Both the position numbers and the translations under genes were made by a program. A stretch of DNA of 64,000 bases, from the NCBI GenBank assembly GCA_964425765.1, contig CAYRNZ010000009.1:4675-68674 (forward strand), given 5' to 3'. Positions 1 to 8,952 of the stretch are shown here, in pieces (position 1 is the first letter of the stretch; each line of letters begins with the position of its first letter). Source of the DNA: an uncultured Synergistaceae bacterium (GTDB lineage Bacteria > Synergistota > Synergistia > Synergistales > 79-D21). The notes beneath the pieces were generated by a model, which made no database searches, was not told the origin of the DNA, and was given only the letters and a program-made list of their open reading frames with translations.

Positions 1-558
1 GGGGAACGAGAGGAAACTGCTCATGCCGCGCCCGTTAACCAGGATGCCGTTCGGGGCATAATCAGCCTGGAAACCGTCATCATGGGATTTCGGCAGGACC
101 TCGGTATAGAGGCGATGGGCAAAAAGGGGCCGCAGTTCCAGCTGGACACGCTCGGGGCTGGCCAAAAGCTCGTACTTCACGACACAGGCATCGCGTCCCT
201 CCGGCATGAAGACCGTTTTTCTGATAAGCAGGCTATGAATGACGTAGAGAATACTGGGCAGGGGGTTGGAATGAAATTCCTGAATATACCGGAAGCCATC
301 GGGGTAAATGACGTCCCTGTAACGGTTCGTGGAGAGTTGGTATTTCTTTCCGCGAGTGAAGAGGGTTTCCTCCAGCTTGCTTACGAGAACGCGGTGTTGG
401 GCGCAATCCTGGGGCCGGACGACGAGAAGCCCGTGCTGCCTCCTCGTGTTCGCTCCGGCGACCGTCGAGAAACCGTAGCTCCCGCGGCCGTTGGAAACGA
501 GGTATTCCCGTCCGGCCCCCTTTTCGTAGGTGTTGACATCAACTTTCCCTAGGTACAT
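1..558 (-). CDS. glycogen debranching enzyme family protein, N-terminal part (3' end lies beyond the left edge)
   Basis: Not in the ORF track because it runs off the window. Hand translation from ATG at 558-556 gives MYLGKVDVNTYEKGAGREYLVSNGRGSYGFSTVAGANTRRQHGLLVVRP..., open to position 1. The E(W/Y)LxxNGxGxYxxxTxxGxNTRRxHGLL block is the N-terminal signature of archaeal-type glycogen debranching enzymes. Confidence 0.65.
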   Translation of the reverse strand, partial: MYLGKVDVNTYEKGAGREYLVSNGRGSYGFSTVAGANTRRQHGLLVVRPQDCAQHRVLVSKLEETLFTRGKKYQLSTNRYRDVIYPDGFRYIQEFHSNPLPSILYVIHSLLIRKTVFMPEGRDACVVKYELLASPERVQLELRPLFAHRLYTEVLPKSHDDGFQADYAPNGILVNGRGMSSFLSFP

Positions 559-1462
559 GGCAACCATCCCCCTTCATGGCGATCTCAGCGAGTCTCCCCA
601 AACGGTTCCACCTATATTCTACTGTACTTTTCGTTACGGGTCTGGAAAGAAGCTGTCCCAGTTCCCTCAGGGAAATGCTGGGGTTCTCCAGCCTCACGAG
701 AACCAGCTCCCTGAAAGAGGGCGGCAGTCTGTCAAGAACTCCCTCGTAACGCAGGCATTCTGCGAGTTCCAGCTGCTTTTCCGCCGCATCCAGGCTCTTG
801 CGGATATTCGCCGAGTCGCAATTCACGAGTTTGTTCGCCCTGTTCCTCATCGACCGCATGAGCGATTTTTCTTCCATGAGAAGTCCGGCTTGAAAAAGGT
901 TAAGCCCGGCCAGGAAATTGACGATCTGTCCCTGGTCCCGGATCAGGATGTCCAGGTGGGAAATGCGGCTTCGTTCCTTGAAGCAGACTCTCGCTTTCCT
1001 CAACAGGGTCCCCGTATTCTCTCGAAGAACGGCTTTCTCGCCGTCAATACGGATAACCAGGTAATACCCGGTCTGCGGGAGATAAAGGGAGCCTACTCCT
1101 CCCCATACGCCCCTTAGCCAGGCCCATCTTTCGCCAGCATTCCTGCCGGAAACCCCATCGCTCAACTCGATCGCTTTCTCGATCAGCGAAACCGGGACCG
1201 AAAGCGAAGGGCGCCCTTTCAAATCCGGCGGCAGTCTCAGGAGTGAGCCGAGGTCCCCCATACTTTTCCAGGTCCCCGCATCCCAGAGTTTGTGTAGGCG
1301 CCTGAAAACGAAAAAACGCTTTGAGCGGAGAGAAGAGAGGTTATTTGTCGCTCGCTCTTTCATCGAAAGAAGCAAAGCGGCAGCCTCGAGGTCAGCCTCT
1401 CCGGGGCCGGAAAAGGGTACAGCCAACCATTCGTCCCAAAGAACTTCACTTATCGACCGCAT
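539..1462 (-). CDS. whiA: DNA-binding protein WhiA
   Basis: 307 aa with ATG start. The C-terminal HTH region (LENPSISLRELGQLLSRPVTKSTVEYRWNRL) and the LAGLIDADG-like middle are typical of WhiA. It follows yvcK and rapZ in the conserved rapZ-yvcK-whiA order. Confidence 0.85.
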   Translation of the reverse strand: MRSISEVLWDEWLAVPFSGPGEADLEAAALLLSMKERATNNLSSLRSKRFFVFRRLHKLWDAGTWKSMGDLGSLLRLPPDLKGRPSLSVPVSLIEKAIELSDGVSGRNAGERWAWLRGVWGGVGSLYLPQTGYYLVIRIDGEKAVLRENTGTLLRKARVCFKERSRISHLDILIRDQGQIVNFLAGLNLFQAGLLMEEKSLMRSMRNRANKLVNCDSANIRKSLDAAEKQLELAECLRYEGVLDRLPPSFRELVLVRLENPSISLRELGQLLSRPVTKSTVEYRWNRLGRLAEIAMKGDGCHVPRES

Positions 1463-1472
1463 ACGGCTTCGG

Positions 1473-2564
1473 CTACTTCCTGTCCCGGGACACCTTCATG
1501 ATCGCCTCGGAAACGCGCTGCGTCTGATGTCGCACCAATCCTCCGGGAGTGATCTCGAGGAAGTCCCCGCGTATGACCTGGACCTTTTCCCTTGCGAGGT
1601 GCGCTTCCTCTCTCTCCTTGAGGAGGACCGGTTCGGATCCGGTTTCACGGTATTTTTCCAAGATCTCTCCCGGAACTTTGGTTTCATTCACGAGAACAAC
1701 ATCCGGGTATTGCCCCAGCACGTCCTTGATCCACCGAACGTGGTCGTAAACCGAGAAGCCTTCGGTTTCCCCGGGTTGGGTCATCACGTTGGCGACGTAG
1801 ATACGGGGCGCGTCCGCCTCCCGTACGGCTTCTGCCACGCCATTAACAAGAAGGTTGGGCAGGATGCTCGTGAAAAGGCTGCCGGGGCCCAGGACGATGG
1901 CTTCCGCATCGAGTATGGCATCTACAACCTCTTTGAGGGGTTTGGCATCCTCCGGCTCGAGGTGGACTTTCTTGAGTTCCCTCCCGTGGCACGCCACTTC
2001 CAGCTCCCCCCGGAAACGGTTCCCTTTCGCATCAGTCCCGACGATCGTCACCGCTTCGGTTGTCACCGGCAAAACCCTGCCCCTTATCGCCAGGAGCTTG
2101 TTCATCTCCTCCACCGCAAGGCGAAAATCCCCAGCCAGTTCCGTGACCGCTAGCAGCACCAGGTTCCCTAGGCTGTGGCCCGCCAGCTCTCCCTTGTCAA
2201 AACGGAAATTCAGGATCCTGTTCAGGGCGCTGTCGTTCTCCGCGAGGGCCACGATACAGTTCCGGACATCCCCGGGCGGCAGTACTCCCCATTCCGTCCT
2301 CAGCCGCCCGGAACTCCCGCCTTCGTCAGTCACCGTTACGATGGCGGTAATGTTTCTCGTATAGCCCTTAAGTCCCTTCAGAAGCGTCGAAAGGCCCGTC
2401 CCTCCGCCGAGAGCCGCCACACGAGGCCCTGTCGCAAGGCGCAACCCTATCGCGCTGGACATGATCTCGCCCAACCCACGGCGTTTTCGTACGACGCGTT
2501 CCACCCATATCATCGCAGCTATTCCGATCAGAAGCCCGGAGGAAAACGGGACCAGCCATTCCAT
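1473..2564 (-). CDS. yvcK: gluconeogenesis factor YvcK / CofD-like (UPF0052) protein
   Basis: Carries the motif VAALGGGTGLSTLLKGLK...ITAIVTVTDEGGSSGRLR. ATG at 2564 lies 2 nt after the rapZ stop and has an AGGTG SD; GTG codons at 2573 and 2570 are alternatives. The predicted N-terminal hydrophobic helix is unusual. Confidence 0.85.
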   Translation of the reverse strand: MEWLVPFSSGLLIGIAAMIWVERVVRKRRGLGEIMSSAIGLRLATGPRVAALGGGTGLSTLLKGLKGYTRNITAIVTVTDEGGSSGRLRTEWGVLPPGDVRNCIVALAENDSALNRILNFRFDKGELAGHSLGNLVLLAVTELAGDFRLAVEEMNKLLAIRGRVLPVTTEAVTIVGTDAKGNRFRGELEVACHGRELKKVHLEPEDAKPLKEVVDAILDAEAIVLGPGSLFTSILPNLLVNGVAEAVREADAPRIYVANVMTQPGETEGFSVYDHVRWIKDVLGQYPDVVLVNETKVPGEILEKYRETGSEPVLLKEREEAHLAREKVQVIRGDFLEITPGGLVRHQTQRVSEAIMKVSRDRK

Positions 2565-2566
2565 GT

Positions 2567-3460
2567 TCACCACACCTGTTCCCTGTCTATATCACGGTGC
2601 CGTACGACACAGGAATGGCCGCCCTTCTCGAGGGCCCTGGCGAACCATTCCGTCACGGCAACCGACCGATGCCTTCCACCAGTACAACCGACGGCGATGT
2701 GTACCTGGGATTTGCCCGTCCCTTCGTAGAGAGGGATCATGAATTCGAAAAGAGCCTGCTGCCTCCTGAGGAATTCCTTCGCTACAGGTGAAGCCCTCAA
2801 AATGAAGTCGACGACTTTTTCGTCTTTTCCGCTTCCGGCCCTCAGTTCCGGTTCATAAAATGGATTTGCCAAAAACCTGACATCCACCAGGTAATCGCAA
2901 TCCTGCGGGATACCATGCTTGTAGCCAAAGGACGTCAGGAAGACGGTCAGGCAGCCTGCAGGAGTGCCGAGGCTTTCGAGCACTCTGCCCCTCAGTTCGG
3001 GGAGATTCAGCCCTGTGGTATCCAGCACGACGTCTGCAGCCTCCTTCAGGGGAGCTAGGCTTTCCCTTTCACGCTGGATCCCCTGCAGTGTCGAAAGGCT
3101 CGGACCCAGGGGATGGCGCCTTCGAGTGCTTTCGAAACGCCTGATCAAGGCTGCGTCCGAAGCGTCCATGAAGAGGAGGGTGACGTTTTCAAGACGTCTC
3201 TTGAGCATCCCCACCACCGTCTCGAGGTCGGCCAAAAGGTCGGCCCCCCTGATGTCCACGACAGCCACAACCCCATGGTCCACTGCAGCCCGGTGCCGGC
3301 CCAGCACCTCTACCAACTGCGGCAAAAGCGAGGGGGGGATATTGTCGATCGCGAAAAAGCCCTGGTCTTCCAGGATATGGAGGGCCGTCGATTTTCCTCC
3401 CCCGGACATCCCTGTGATGATGATGACATTGTCTACTCCCGGAACCGGGGAGTCGGTCAT
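2567..3460 (-). CDS. rapZ: RNase adapter protein RapZ (YvcJ)
   Basis: Walker A motif IIITGMSGGGKSTAL, and a C-terminal AVGCTGGRHRSV motif. Start taken at ATG 3460 (MTDSPV...), preceded by AGGAGGG. The longer ORF-track start would overlap the upstream gene. Confidence 0.9.
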   Translation of the reverse strand: MTDSPVPGVDNVIIITGMSGGGKSTALHILEDQGFFAIDNIPPSLLPQLVEVLGRHRAAVDHGVVAVVDIRGADLLADLETVVGMLKRRLENVTLLFMDASDAALIRRFESTRRRHPLGPSLSTLQGIQRERESLAPLKEAADVVLDTTGLNLPELRGRVLESLGTPAGCLTVFLTSFGYKHGIPQDCDYLVDVRFLANPFYEPELRAGSGKDEKVVDFILRASPVAKEFLRRQQALFEFMIPLYEGTGKSQVHIAVGCTGGRHRSVAVTEWFARALEKGGHSCVVRHRDIDREQVW

Positions 3461-3471
3461 TCTAAACCCTC

Positions 3472-4311
3472 CTAACCGTGGGAATGCCCGTGCCTCCCGT
3501 GGGTAGCGCACTCCCCTTCCCAACCGTTCAGGATTTCGACCGCATGCCGTATGACCGGGGCAACGGCTTCGAAACACTGCCTAGCGCCTCTTTCGCTTCC
3601 CGGAAAGGCGATGACGAGGGATTTCCCCCTTGTGACCGCCACTCCTCTGCTGAGGATGGAGCGGTCCAGAAGTGGTTCCGTCTTTCTGCGCATCGCTTCC
3701 CCGATACCCGGGACGATTTTTTCCGAAATGTCCGACAGGGCCTCGGGAGTCACGTCGCGGCTCGAAAGGCCTGTTCCTCCTGTCACGAGGATCAGCTGCA
3801 TCCCCTCCTGATCCACCCAGTCCTTCAAAACCGATGCGATTTCAAGACGATCGTCGGGAACGATCTTTCGTAGACAGACCACCGCCCCCAGGGGACTGGC
3901 CAGCTCTGCGAGGGCGGGCCCGGCGGTATCTTTTCTTTCACCCCGGCTTCCCTTGTCGCTGACGGTCAGGACGCCGGTCATGATCGGCTTGAGCAATGCC
4001 GCCTCTTGTGACAATGACAGGAACCCTCCCCTGGCAGGGTCAAGGACGAAGCGTGTTCCTTCCCTCGCGCCGATTCGAAAGACGGGACCTTCCCCCCCTG
4101 TGGAGATGAAAGCCCCCTCTTCCATGAGACCATCCAGCGAAAAGACGACCTGCCACTGGCCTGCCGAAAGGTTTTCGCTTTCCCCGGGTCCCGCCCCGAA
4201 GATCTTGGCGGGCTTCCCGTTTATAAGACAACTACCGTTTTTCCCGGTATGAAGGTAGAACATGGGAACGCTATTCGCGTTTGAACCGTCAACGATACGG
4301 ATGATCCTCAT
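3472..4311 (-). CDS. MogA/MoaB-type molybdopterin-binding domain protein with an unrecognised ~110-aa N-terminal domain
   Basis: The C-terminal half (VLTVSDKGSRGERKDTAGPAL...LILVTGGTGLSSRDVTPEA...) is a MoCF-biosynthesis (MogA/MoaB) domain. Start taken at ATG 4311, which forms an ATGA overlap with the moaC stop. I do not recognise the N-terminal MRIIRIVDGSNANSV... domain. Confidence 0.75.
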   Translation of the reverse strand: MRIIRIVDGSNANSVPMFYLHTGKNGSCLINGKPAKIFGAGPGESENLSAGQWQVVFSLDGLMEEGAFISTGGEGPVFRIGAREGTRFVLDPARGGFLSLSQEAALLKPIMTGVLTVSDKGSRGERKDTAGPALAELASPLGAVVCLRKIVPDDRLEIASVLKDWVDQEGMQLILVTGGTGLSSRDVTPEALSDISEKIVPGIGEAMRRKTEPLLDRSILSRGVAVTRGKSLVIAFPGSERGARQCFEAVAPVIRHAVEILNGWEGECATHGRHGHSHG

Positions 4312-4802
4312 TCCGTTTCTCCTTTTCCGGCCCGGCGATACTCCCCGCTTTTTCCGCCTTTTTTCATCAAAAGTTGGATTCCCCTGATTTCCATGCCCTT
4401 GTCCAACCCCTTGCACATATCGTAGACCGTTAGTGCTGCGACGGATACACCGGTCAGGGCTTCCATTTCCACCCCGGTAACCTCGTTCGCTTTCACGGCG
4501 CACTCTATTCGAACCGCCATCCTTTCGGGGACGAGGTCGCACCGCACAGAGGCCTTGTCCAGCCTGATCCCATGGCAAAGGGGAATAAGGCTGGGCGTAT
4601 GCTTCGCACCCTGTATACCCGCAAGTTCGGCTATACGGAGCACGTCGCCTTTCTTCACCGCATTGTCACGGATGGCCTCGAATACCCCTGGGGGAAGGGA
4701 GACCCACCCCTCTGCAACAGCTTCCCTTTCCGTTTCCTTCTTGCCTGAAACATCGACCATGATTGGGCGGCCATCTTCGTCAAGGTGCGTAAAACCGGAC
4801 AT
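4308..4802 (-). CDS. moaC: cyclic pyranopterin monophosphate synthase MoaC
   Basis: 164 aa. MVDVSGK...KGDVL..A..AGI.GAK.T..LIPLCH and the TGVEMEALT motif are typical MoaC. Confidence 0.9.
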   Translation of the reverse strand: MSGFTHLDEDGRPIMVDVSGKKETEREAVAEGWVSLPPGVFEAIRDNAVKKGDVLRIAELAGIQGAKHTPSLIPLCHGIRLDKASVRCDLVPERMAVRIECAVKANEVTGVEMEALTGVSVAALTVYDMCKGLDKGMEIRGIQLLMKKGGKSGEYRRAGKGETE

Positions 4803-4805
4803 CGC

Positions 4806-5798
4806 TCATCCCCCTATTTGGGACATATGCTGGGAACACGCAGCCGCATCGGCCCAGCATCTCGGTTTTTTCCAGACTTCGGCCAGGATGAGTTCGCGCA
4901 CCCTGTTTTCATTGCCCTCCCGCAGTGGCTGTCTTACCGAGACACCCTGTGTGCTGAACAGGCAACTCCTGATTTCCCCAGAAGCGGTCACCCGAAGCCG
5001 ATTGCAGGTTTCGCAGAAATGACGGGACACCGCGGCGATAATGCCGAGCCTCTGGCCGGTAACGGAATGCACAAGGTATCGGGCGGGTCCTTCCGGTACT
5101 CCGTGGTTCGGATCCCTTCCTAACGATTTGTCAGGCAGCCATTTCTCCCTGTCCGGCAACCTTGCGAGGATTTCCTCGGCAGAGATGAAGCGATCCCTGC
5201 TCCATACCGATTCGTCCAACGGCATGAATTCGATCAGCCGTAGAACTGCCCCGCATTCCTTAGCAAAAGCCAGAAGGGCGGGAACCTCGTTGTCGTTGAA
5301 TCCTTTGATCAGGACCGTGTTGATCTTGATGGGTATGCCGGAAACAGACCTGAAGGCACGAATCCCTCCAAGGACTCCTTCCAGAGAGCCCGTCCTTGTC
5401 AAGGCACGGAATTTTTCGGGATCCATCGAATCGAGACTGACGTTTAGGCCTGAAAGCGGGATGCCGGACAGGCGCTCGGCCTCAGCTCCCAGGCACGAGC
5501 CGTTCGTGGTGAGGGCAACATGGAGTTCGGGGAGTTCCTTCGTGAATTTTTCCAGGAAATCAAGGAAACCCTTCCTGACCATGGGTTCTCCGCCGGTAAA
5601 GCGGACTTTTCTCACGCCCAGGTCCAACAGGACCCTGCAAAGACGCAGGATTTCCTCGTATGTGAGGATTTCGTCATGCTCGAGGCAGGATACCCCTTCC
5701 GGAGGCATGCAATAGCGGCAACGGTAATTGCAGCGATCGGTAACGGAGATCCTGGCGTAGTCGATCTTCCTGCGGAAAGACCCTGTCAATCCGGCCAT
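4806..5798 (-). CDS. moaA: GTP 3',8-cyclase MoaA (radical SAM)
   Basis: YARISVTDRCNYRCRYCMP carries the CX3CX2C cluster motif, and the C-terminal auxiliary-cluster cysteines (CETCNRLRVTASG) are present. ATG 5798 is preferred because its N-terminus matches MoaA; 5834 is possible. Confidence 0.9.
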   Translation of the reverse strand: MAGLTGSFRRKIDYARISVTDRCNYRCRYCMPPEGVSCLEHDEILTYEEILRLCRVLLDLGVRKVRFTGGEPMVRKGFLDFLEKFTKELPELHVALTTNGSCLGAEAERLSGIPLSGLNVSLDSMDPEKFRALTRTGSLEGVLGGIRAFRSVSGIPIKINTVLIKGFNDNEVPALLAFAKECGAVLRLIEFMPLDESVWSRDRFISAEEILARLPDREKWLPDKSLGRDPNHGVPEGPARYLVHSVTGQRLGIIAAVSRHFCETCNRLRVTASGEIRSCLFSTQGVSVRQPLREGNENRVRELILAEVWKKPRCWADAAACSQHMSQIGG

Positions 5799-7711
5799 CT
5801 GTATCCACCCATTCTCTCGACCTCGCTCCTCCATCCCGAATCACGGATGGCTTCCATAACACCCATCACCCCCGGGTGGGAAAGGTTCTTGGCCGGGAGG
5901 ACGAGTTCGAAGGGTTCCCATGCCACCGGGACAAAATCAAGTCCGAAGGCATCGGCAGCAGCCCTTATGCCGAGGGCGGCGTCGGCCACCCCGGAAGCCA
6001 CTCGGCTGGCTGCGTCCAGGTGGGTCATTGCCTGCGCCGAATATCCCGCGATACCGGAACTGTCGATTCCCGCCTCCTCGAGGAGCCAGTCGAGCAGCAC
6101 ACGCGTTCCGGCACCCGGCTGGCGGTTGACGATCCGGATTCCTTCCCCGGCAAGGTCGGCCAGGCCGGAAAAACCTTTCGGGTTACCTTTTTCTACAAGA
6201 AAACCCTGTTCCCGGTAAAAAAGCAGGATCCTTGCCCATTCCTGCCCGCCAGAAAACTCTTCGATAAACGAATCATTGTAACGGCCGGTTTTCCCATCAA
6301 GAAGATGGCAGGCCGCCAGGTGCGCTTCCCCACGGGAAAGCGCAGCCAGCCCCCCAAGACTTCCTACGGCTCTTATCGAAAGATCGGCTCCCCTTTCGCG
6401 CACGGGGGTCACGATCCTGGAGAATGCGGGGTCATCCGAACCCTGGAAAAGCGCCCTTCTCTCCCAATTTATCTCCCGGGTGAACCAGGCGAAAGCCTTC
6501 GTTCCCTTTGGGCACTCGACCCTGGACGGGGGCAGGATCATGAAACCGTCTGCCTCATGCATCGCCCACATCGTCGAAGCCCCTGAAGAAAGCGACCAAG
6601 AGACCCGTTTCCCGTCGATCTCGGCGGCCTTGACCCGCAGCCACTCCTCCACGCCCGGGGGGGATGAGTGCGGGAGAAGCATTTCGCATTCGAGGCTTTT
6701 CGAAGCACCCAGGGCTTTGCCGGCCAAACTTGCATCGCCTGGATCGAAGCCTCTCCCCGATAAGGCCAGCACAGCCGGGAAAGCCAGGCTCCACGCCACA
6801 ACAGCAGTAGACATGGGAAACCCAGGCATGCCGATAACCATGGCGCCGTTCACTTTCGCCAACATGGCAGGGCGACCCGGCTTCATCCTGACCCACCTGA
6901 AGAGGATCTCACCTTCGGCGGCGAGGACTTCCGCAGTGTGATCCCTTTTGCCTTTCGCCGTACCAGCACCTACCAGGACGAAATCGTATTCCCGGGAGGC
7001 CTTTTGGAGAGCCTCCCGGATCGATTCGGCAGAATCCTGAAGGATTGAATGGACCTCCAGGTCCAAGCCCCACTCACTGAATATCCCCTTCATGAGCGAA
7101 GAGTTGCTTTCCGGTACCTTGCCGGCCATCTCCCGGTCGTCTTCGATCCATTCCTTCATTGGGCAGATCTCGTCCCCCGTCGGGATGAACAGGCACCTTG
7201 GCTTCTTGAAGGCAAGAACCGTTCCCACTCCTGCACTCAACAAAAGAGCGACAAGAGCCGGACCGATTCTTTCCCCCTTGCGGGCCAACACCTGCCCCCG
7301 CATGACATCTTCCCCGACCGGCCTTATGTTCGCTCCGGGCGGAAGGGATCGGGAAACGGCCAGGCACCCGTTGTCCGCGATAAACGTGTCTTCCACCATG
7401 ACCACCGCATCGCACCAGTCAGGAACGGGGCCGCCCGTGTTGATCCAAAGGAAGGCCTGCTGTTCCAGCAAAACTGGCGTCGAGGGAGTCGCACGGCCCG
7501 TCGCAGCCGCGATTAATGCGTATCCGTCAACGGCCGACGCAACATAGTGCGGTACATTCCTCCTTGAAAGAACGTCTTCCGCGAGAATGAGGGCAAGCCC
7601 CTCCTCTACGGGTACCCTTCCGGTTTTCGGGTACCCTAGGTCCCGTGCCGCGTCCAGGATCAGCTGCCTGGCTTCGGCCAAGGAAACATGTTCTTTGAAA
7701 ACACTCACCAT
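5786..7711 (-). CDS. moeA: MoeA-type molybdopterin molybdenumtransferase fused to a C-terminal periplasmic-binding-protein-like (molybdate-binding-type) domain
   Basis: 641 aa. The N-terminal ~400 aa has the MoeA layout (DGYA..., GDE..., GGVS-like G.AKGKRD). The C-terminal ~230 aa resembles PBP/LysR-substrate-type domains that are often fused to MoeA. Confidence 0.8.
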   Translation of the reverse strand: MVSVFKEHVSLAEARQLILDAARDLGYPKTGRVPVEEGLALILAEDVLSRRNVPHYVASAVDGYALIAAATGRATPSTPVLLEQQAFLWINTGGPVPDWCDAVVMVEDTFIADNGCLAVSRSLPPGANIRPVGEDVMRGQVLARKGERIGPALVALLLSAGVGTVLAFKKPRCLFIPTGDEICPMKEWIEDDREMAGKVPESNSSLMKGIFSEWGLDLEVHSILQDSAESIREALQKASREYDFVLVGAGTAKGKRDHTAEVLAAEGEILFRWVRMKPGRPAMLAKVNGAMVIGMPGFPMSTAVVAWSLAFPAVLALSGRGFDPGDASLAGKALGASKSLECEMLLPHSSPPGVEEWLRVKAAEIDGKRVSWSLSSGASTMWAMHEADGFMILPPSRVECPKGTKAFAWFTREINWERRALFQGSDDPAFSRIVTPVRERGADLSIRAVGSLGGLAALSRGEAHLAACHLLDGKTGRYNDSFIEEFSGGQEWARILLFYREQGFLVEKGNPKGFSGLADLAGEGIRIVNRQPGAGTRVLLDWLLEEAGIDSSGIAGYSAQAMTHLDAASRVASGVADAALGIRAAADAFGLDFVPVAWEPFELVLPAKNLSHPGVMGVMEAIRDSGWRSEVERMGGYRWPD

Positions 7712-8934
7712 TCTAGGACCTCCACGGTATCCCCGGACCGACGGGTTTCTTCCGTCTCAGGAAGCCTGATCAATCCATGGGCTTCCCTGAGAACCCCGAC
7801 ATAACCCGATTTTCCCGGTACCGGCCGGGCCTTGCCGGCTACCATCAAAGCCGGTATGAATTCTTCGATACCCGCTTTCCCGATGACATCCGAGGACAAG
7901 CTGGCAAGGGAACTTTTCAAGGGAACCGCCCTGCTTCCGATAAGCCGGTGCAGGAGAGGCAAGAGAACGGTTATGGCGACGATCGAGCATGATAGCGGGT
8001 GTCCGGGAAGTCCCAGCACCAAACGCTTCCGGGCTAGGGAGCCCGCGATCAGGAGGGGTTTCCCCGGGCTCATGTTGACGCCCCTGACCAAAAGCCCCGG
8101 CTCAGGGAGGTTTTCCAGGATCTCCGAACAATGATCCCGCGTGCTGACGGAAGATCCCCCGCTGACCAGAAGCACGTCGTTTTCCTCCAAAGCTTCAAGC
8201 ACAGTCTCTGCAAGGGCTTCCTTCCGGTCGGGCACGATACCCAGGCGCCTGGCCGGGAAACCATGGCGTACAAGCAGGAATTCCAAAAACCACGCGTTGG
8301 CGTCCCTTACCTTGCCTGCAGGGAGGTCTAACGTGTCAGCTGGAACGATCTCGTCCCCTGTAGAGAGGATCCCGATCTTGAGCTCAAGGGCATCGAAGAA
8401 GGAAAAACCTAGCGTCGCCAGGACGCCGACGTTGCGGTAATCCAGCATCTCGCCGACCGCTAGGATCTCGGATCCGAAAGCCATCTCTTCTCCCTTGAAG
8501 ATCACATTTTCTCCGGATTGCAAGCTTTTCCTGACCTCAAGCCAGTTCCCGGTTCTTACGGTGTCTTCCAGCATGACCACGGTGTCCGCGCCCCGCGGTA
8601 TCATGCCGCCGGTATGGACAGCTACGCATTCGCCTCCCGCCAGCGAGAGATGCACCTCGGCACCCATAGGGATTTCGCCCCCGACACGGAGGAAAACCGG
8701 GGAACTGTCCGATGCTCCCGCGACGTCACCGGACCTTAAAGCATAACCGTCACGGGTGCTCCGCGAAAAGGGAGGATAGTCGACCCTCGACACGAGGGAC
8801 GTACCACATCTTCGGCCAAAACCCTTTCCCATGGGCAGCGGTTCCGTTCTAACCGGCCAGGGGAACCTCAATTCCCGGGCGGTATACTCGATCGCCTCCG
8901 TGCGCGGAAAAAGCTCCTTCACAAAACCCGACAT
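7705..8934 (-). CDS. moeA: molybdopterin molybdenumtransferase MoeA (second paralog)
   Basis: 409 aa with motifs SRSTRDGYALRS, IPMGADTVVM, STGDEI and LLVSGGSSVSTRD. It overlaps the downstream moeA fusion by 7 nt. Confidence 0.85.
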   Translation of the reverse strand: MSGFVKELFPRTEAIEYTARELRFPWPVRTEPLPMGKGFGRRCGTSLVSRVDYPPFSRSTRDGYALRSGDVAGASDSSPVFLRVGGEIPMGAEVHLSLAGGECVAVHTGGMIPRGADTVVMLEDTVRTGNWLEVRKSLQSGENVIFKGEEMAFGSEILAVGEMLDYRNVGVLATLGFSFFDALELKIGILSTGDEIVPADTLDLPAGKVRDANAWFLEFLLVRHGFPARRLGIVPDRKEALAETVLEALEENDVLLVSGGSSVSTRDHCSEILENLPEPGLLVRGVNMSPGKPLLIAGSLARKRLVLGLPGHPLSCSIVAITVLLPLLHRLIGSRAVPLKSSLASLSSDVIGKAGIEEFIPALMVAGKARPVPGKSGYVGVLREAHGLIRLPETEETRRSGDTVEVLEW

Positions 8935-8952
8935 CCCGTTTCCCTTTTCCCG

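Noticed and set aside
82-552. 156-aa plus-strand ORF at the left edge
   Set aside because: The opposite strand encodes a convincing glycogen-debranching-enzyme N-terminus that runs off the window, which is why that gene is missing from the ORF track.
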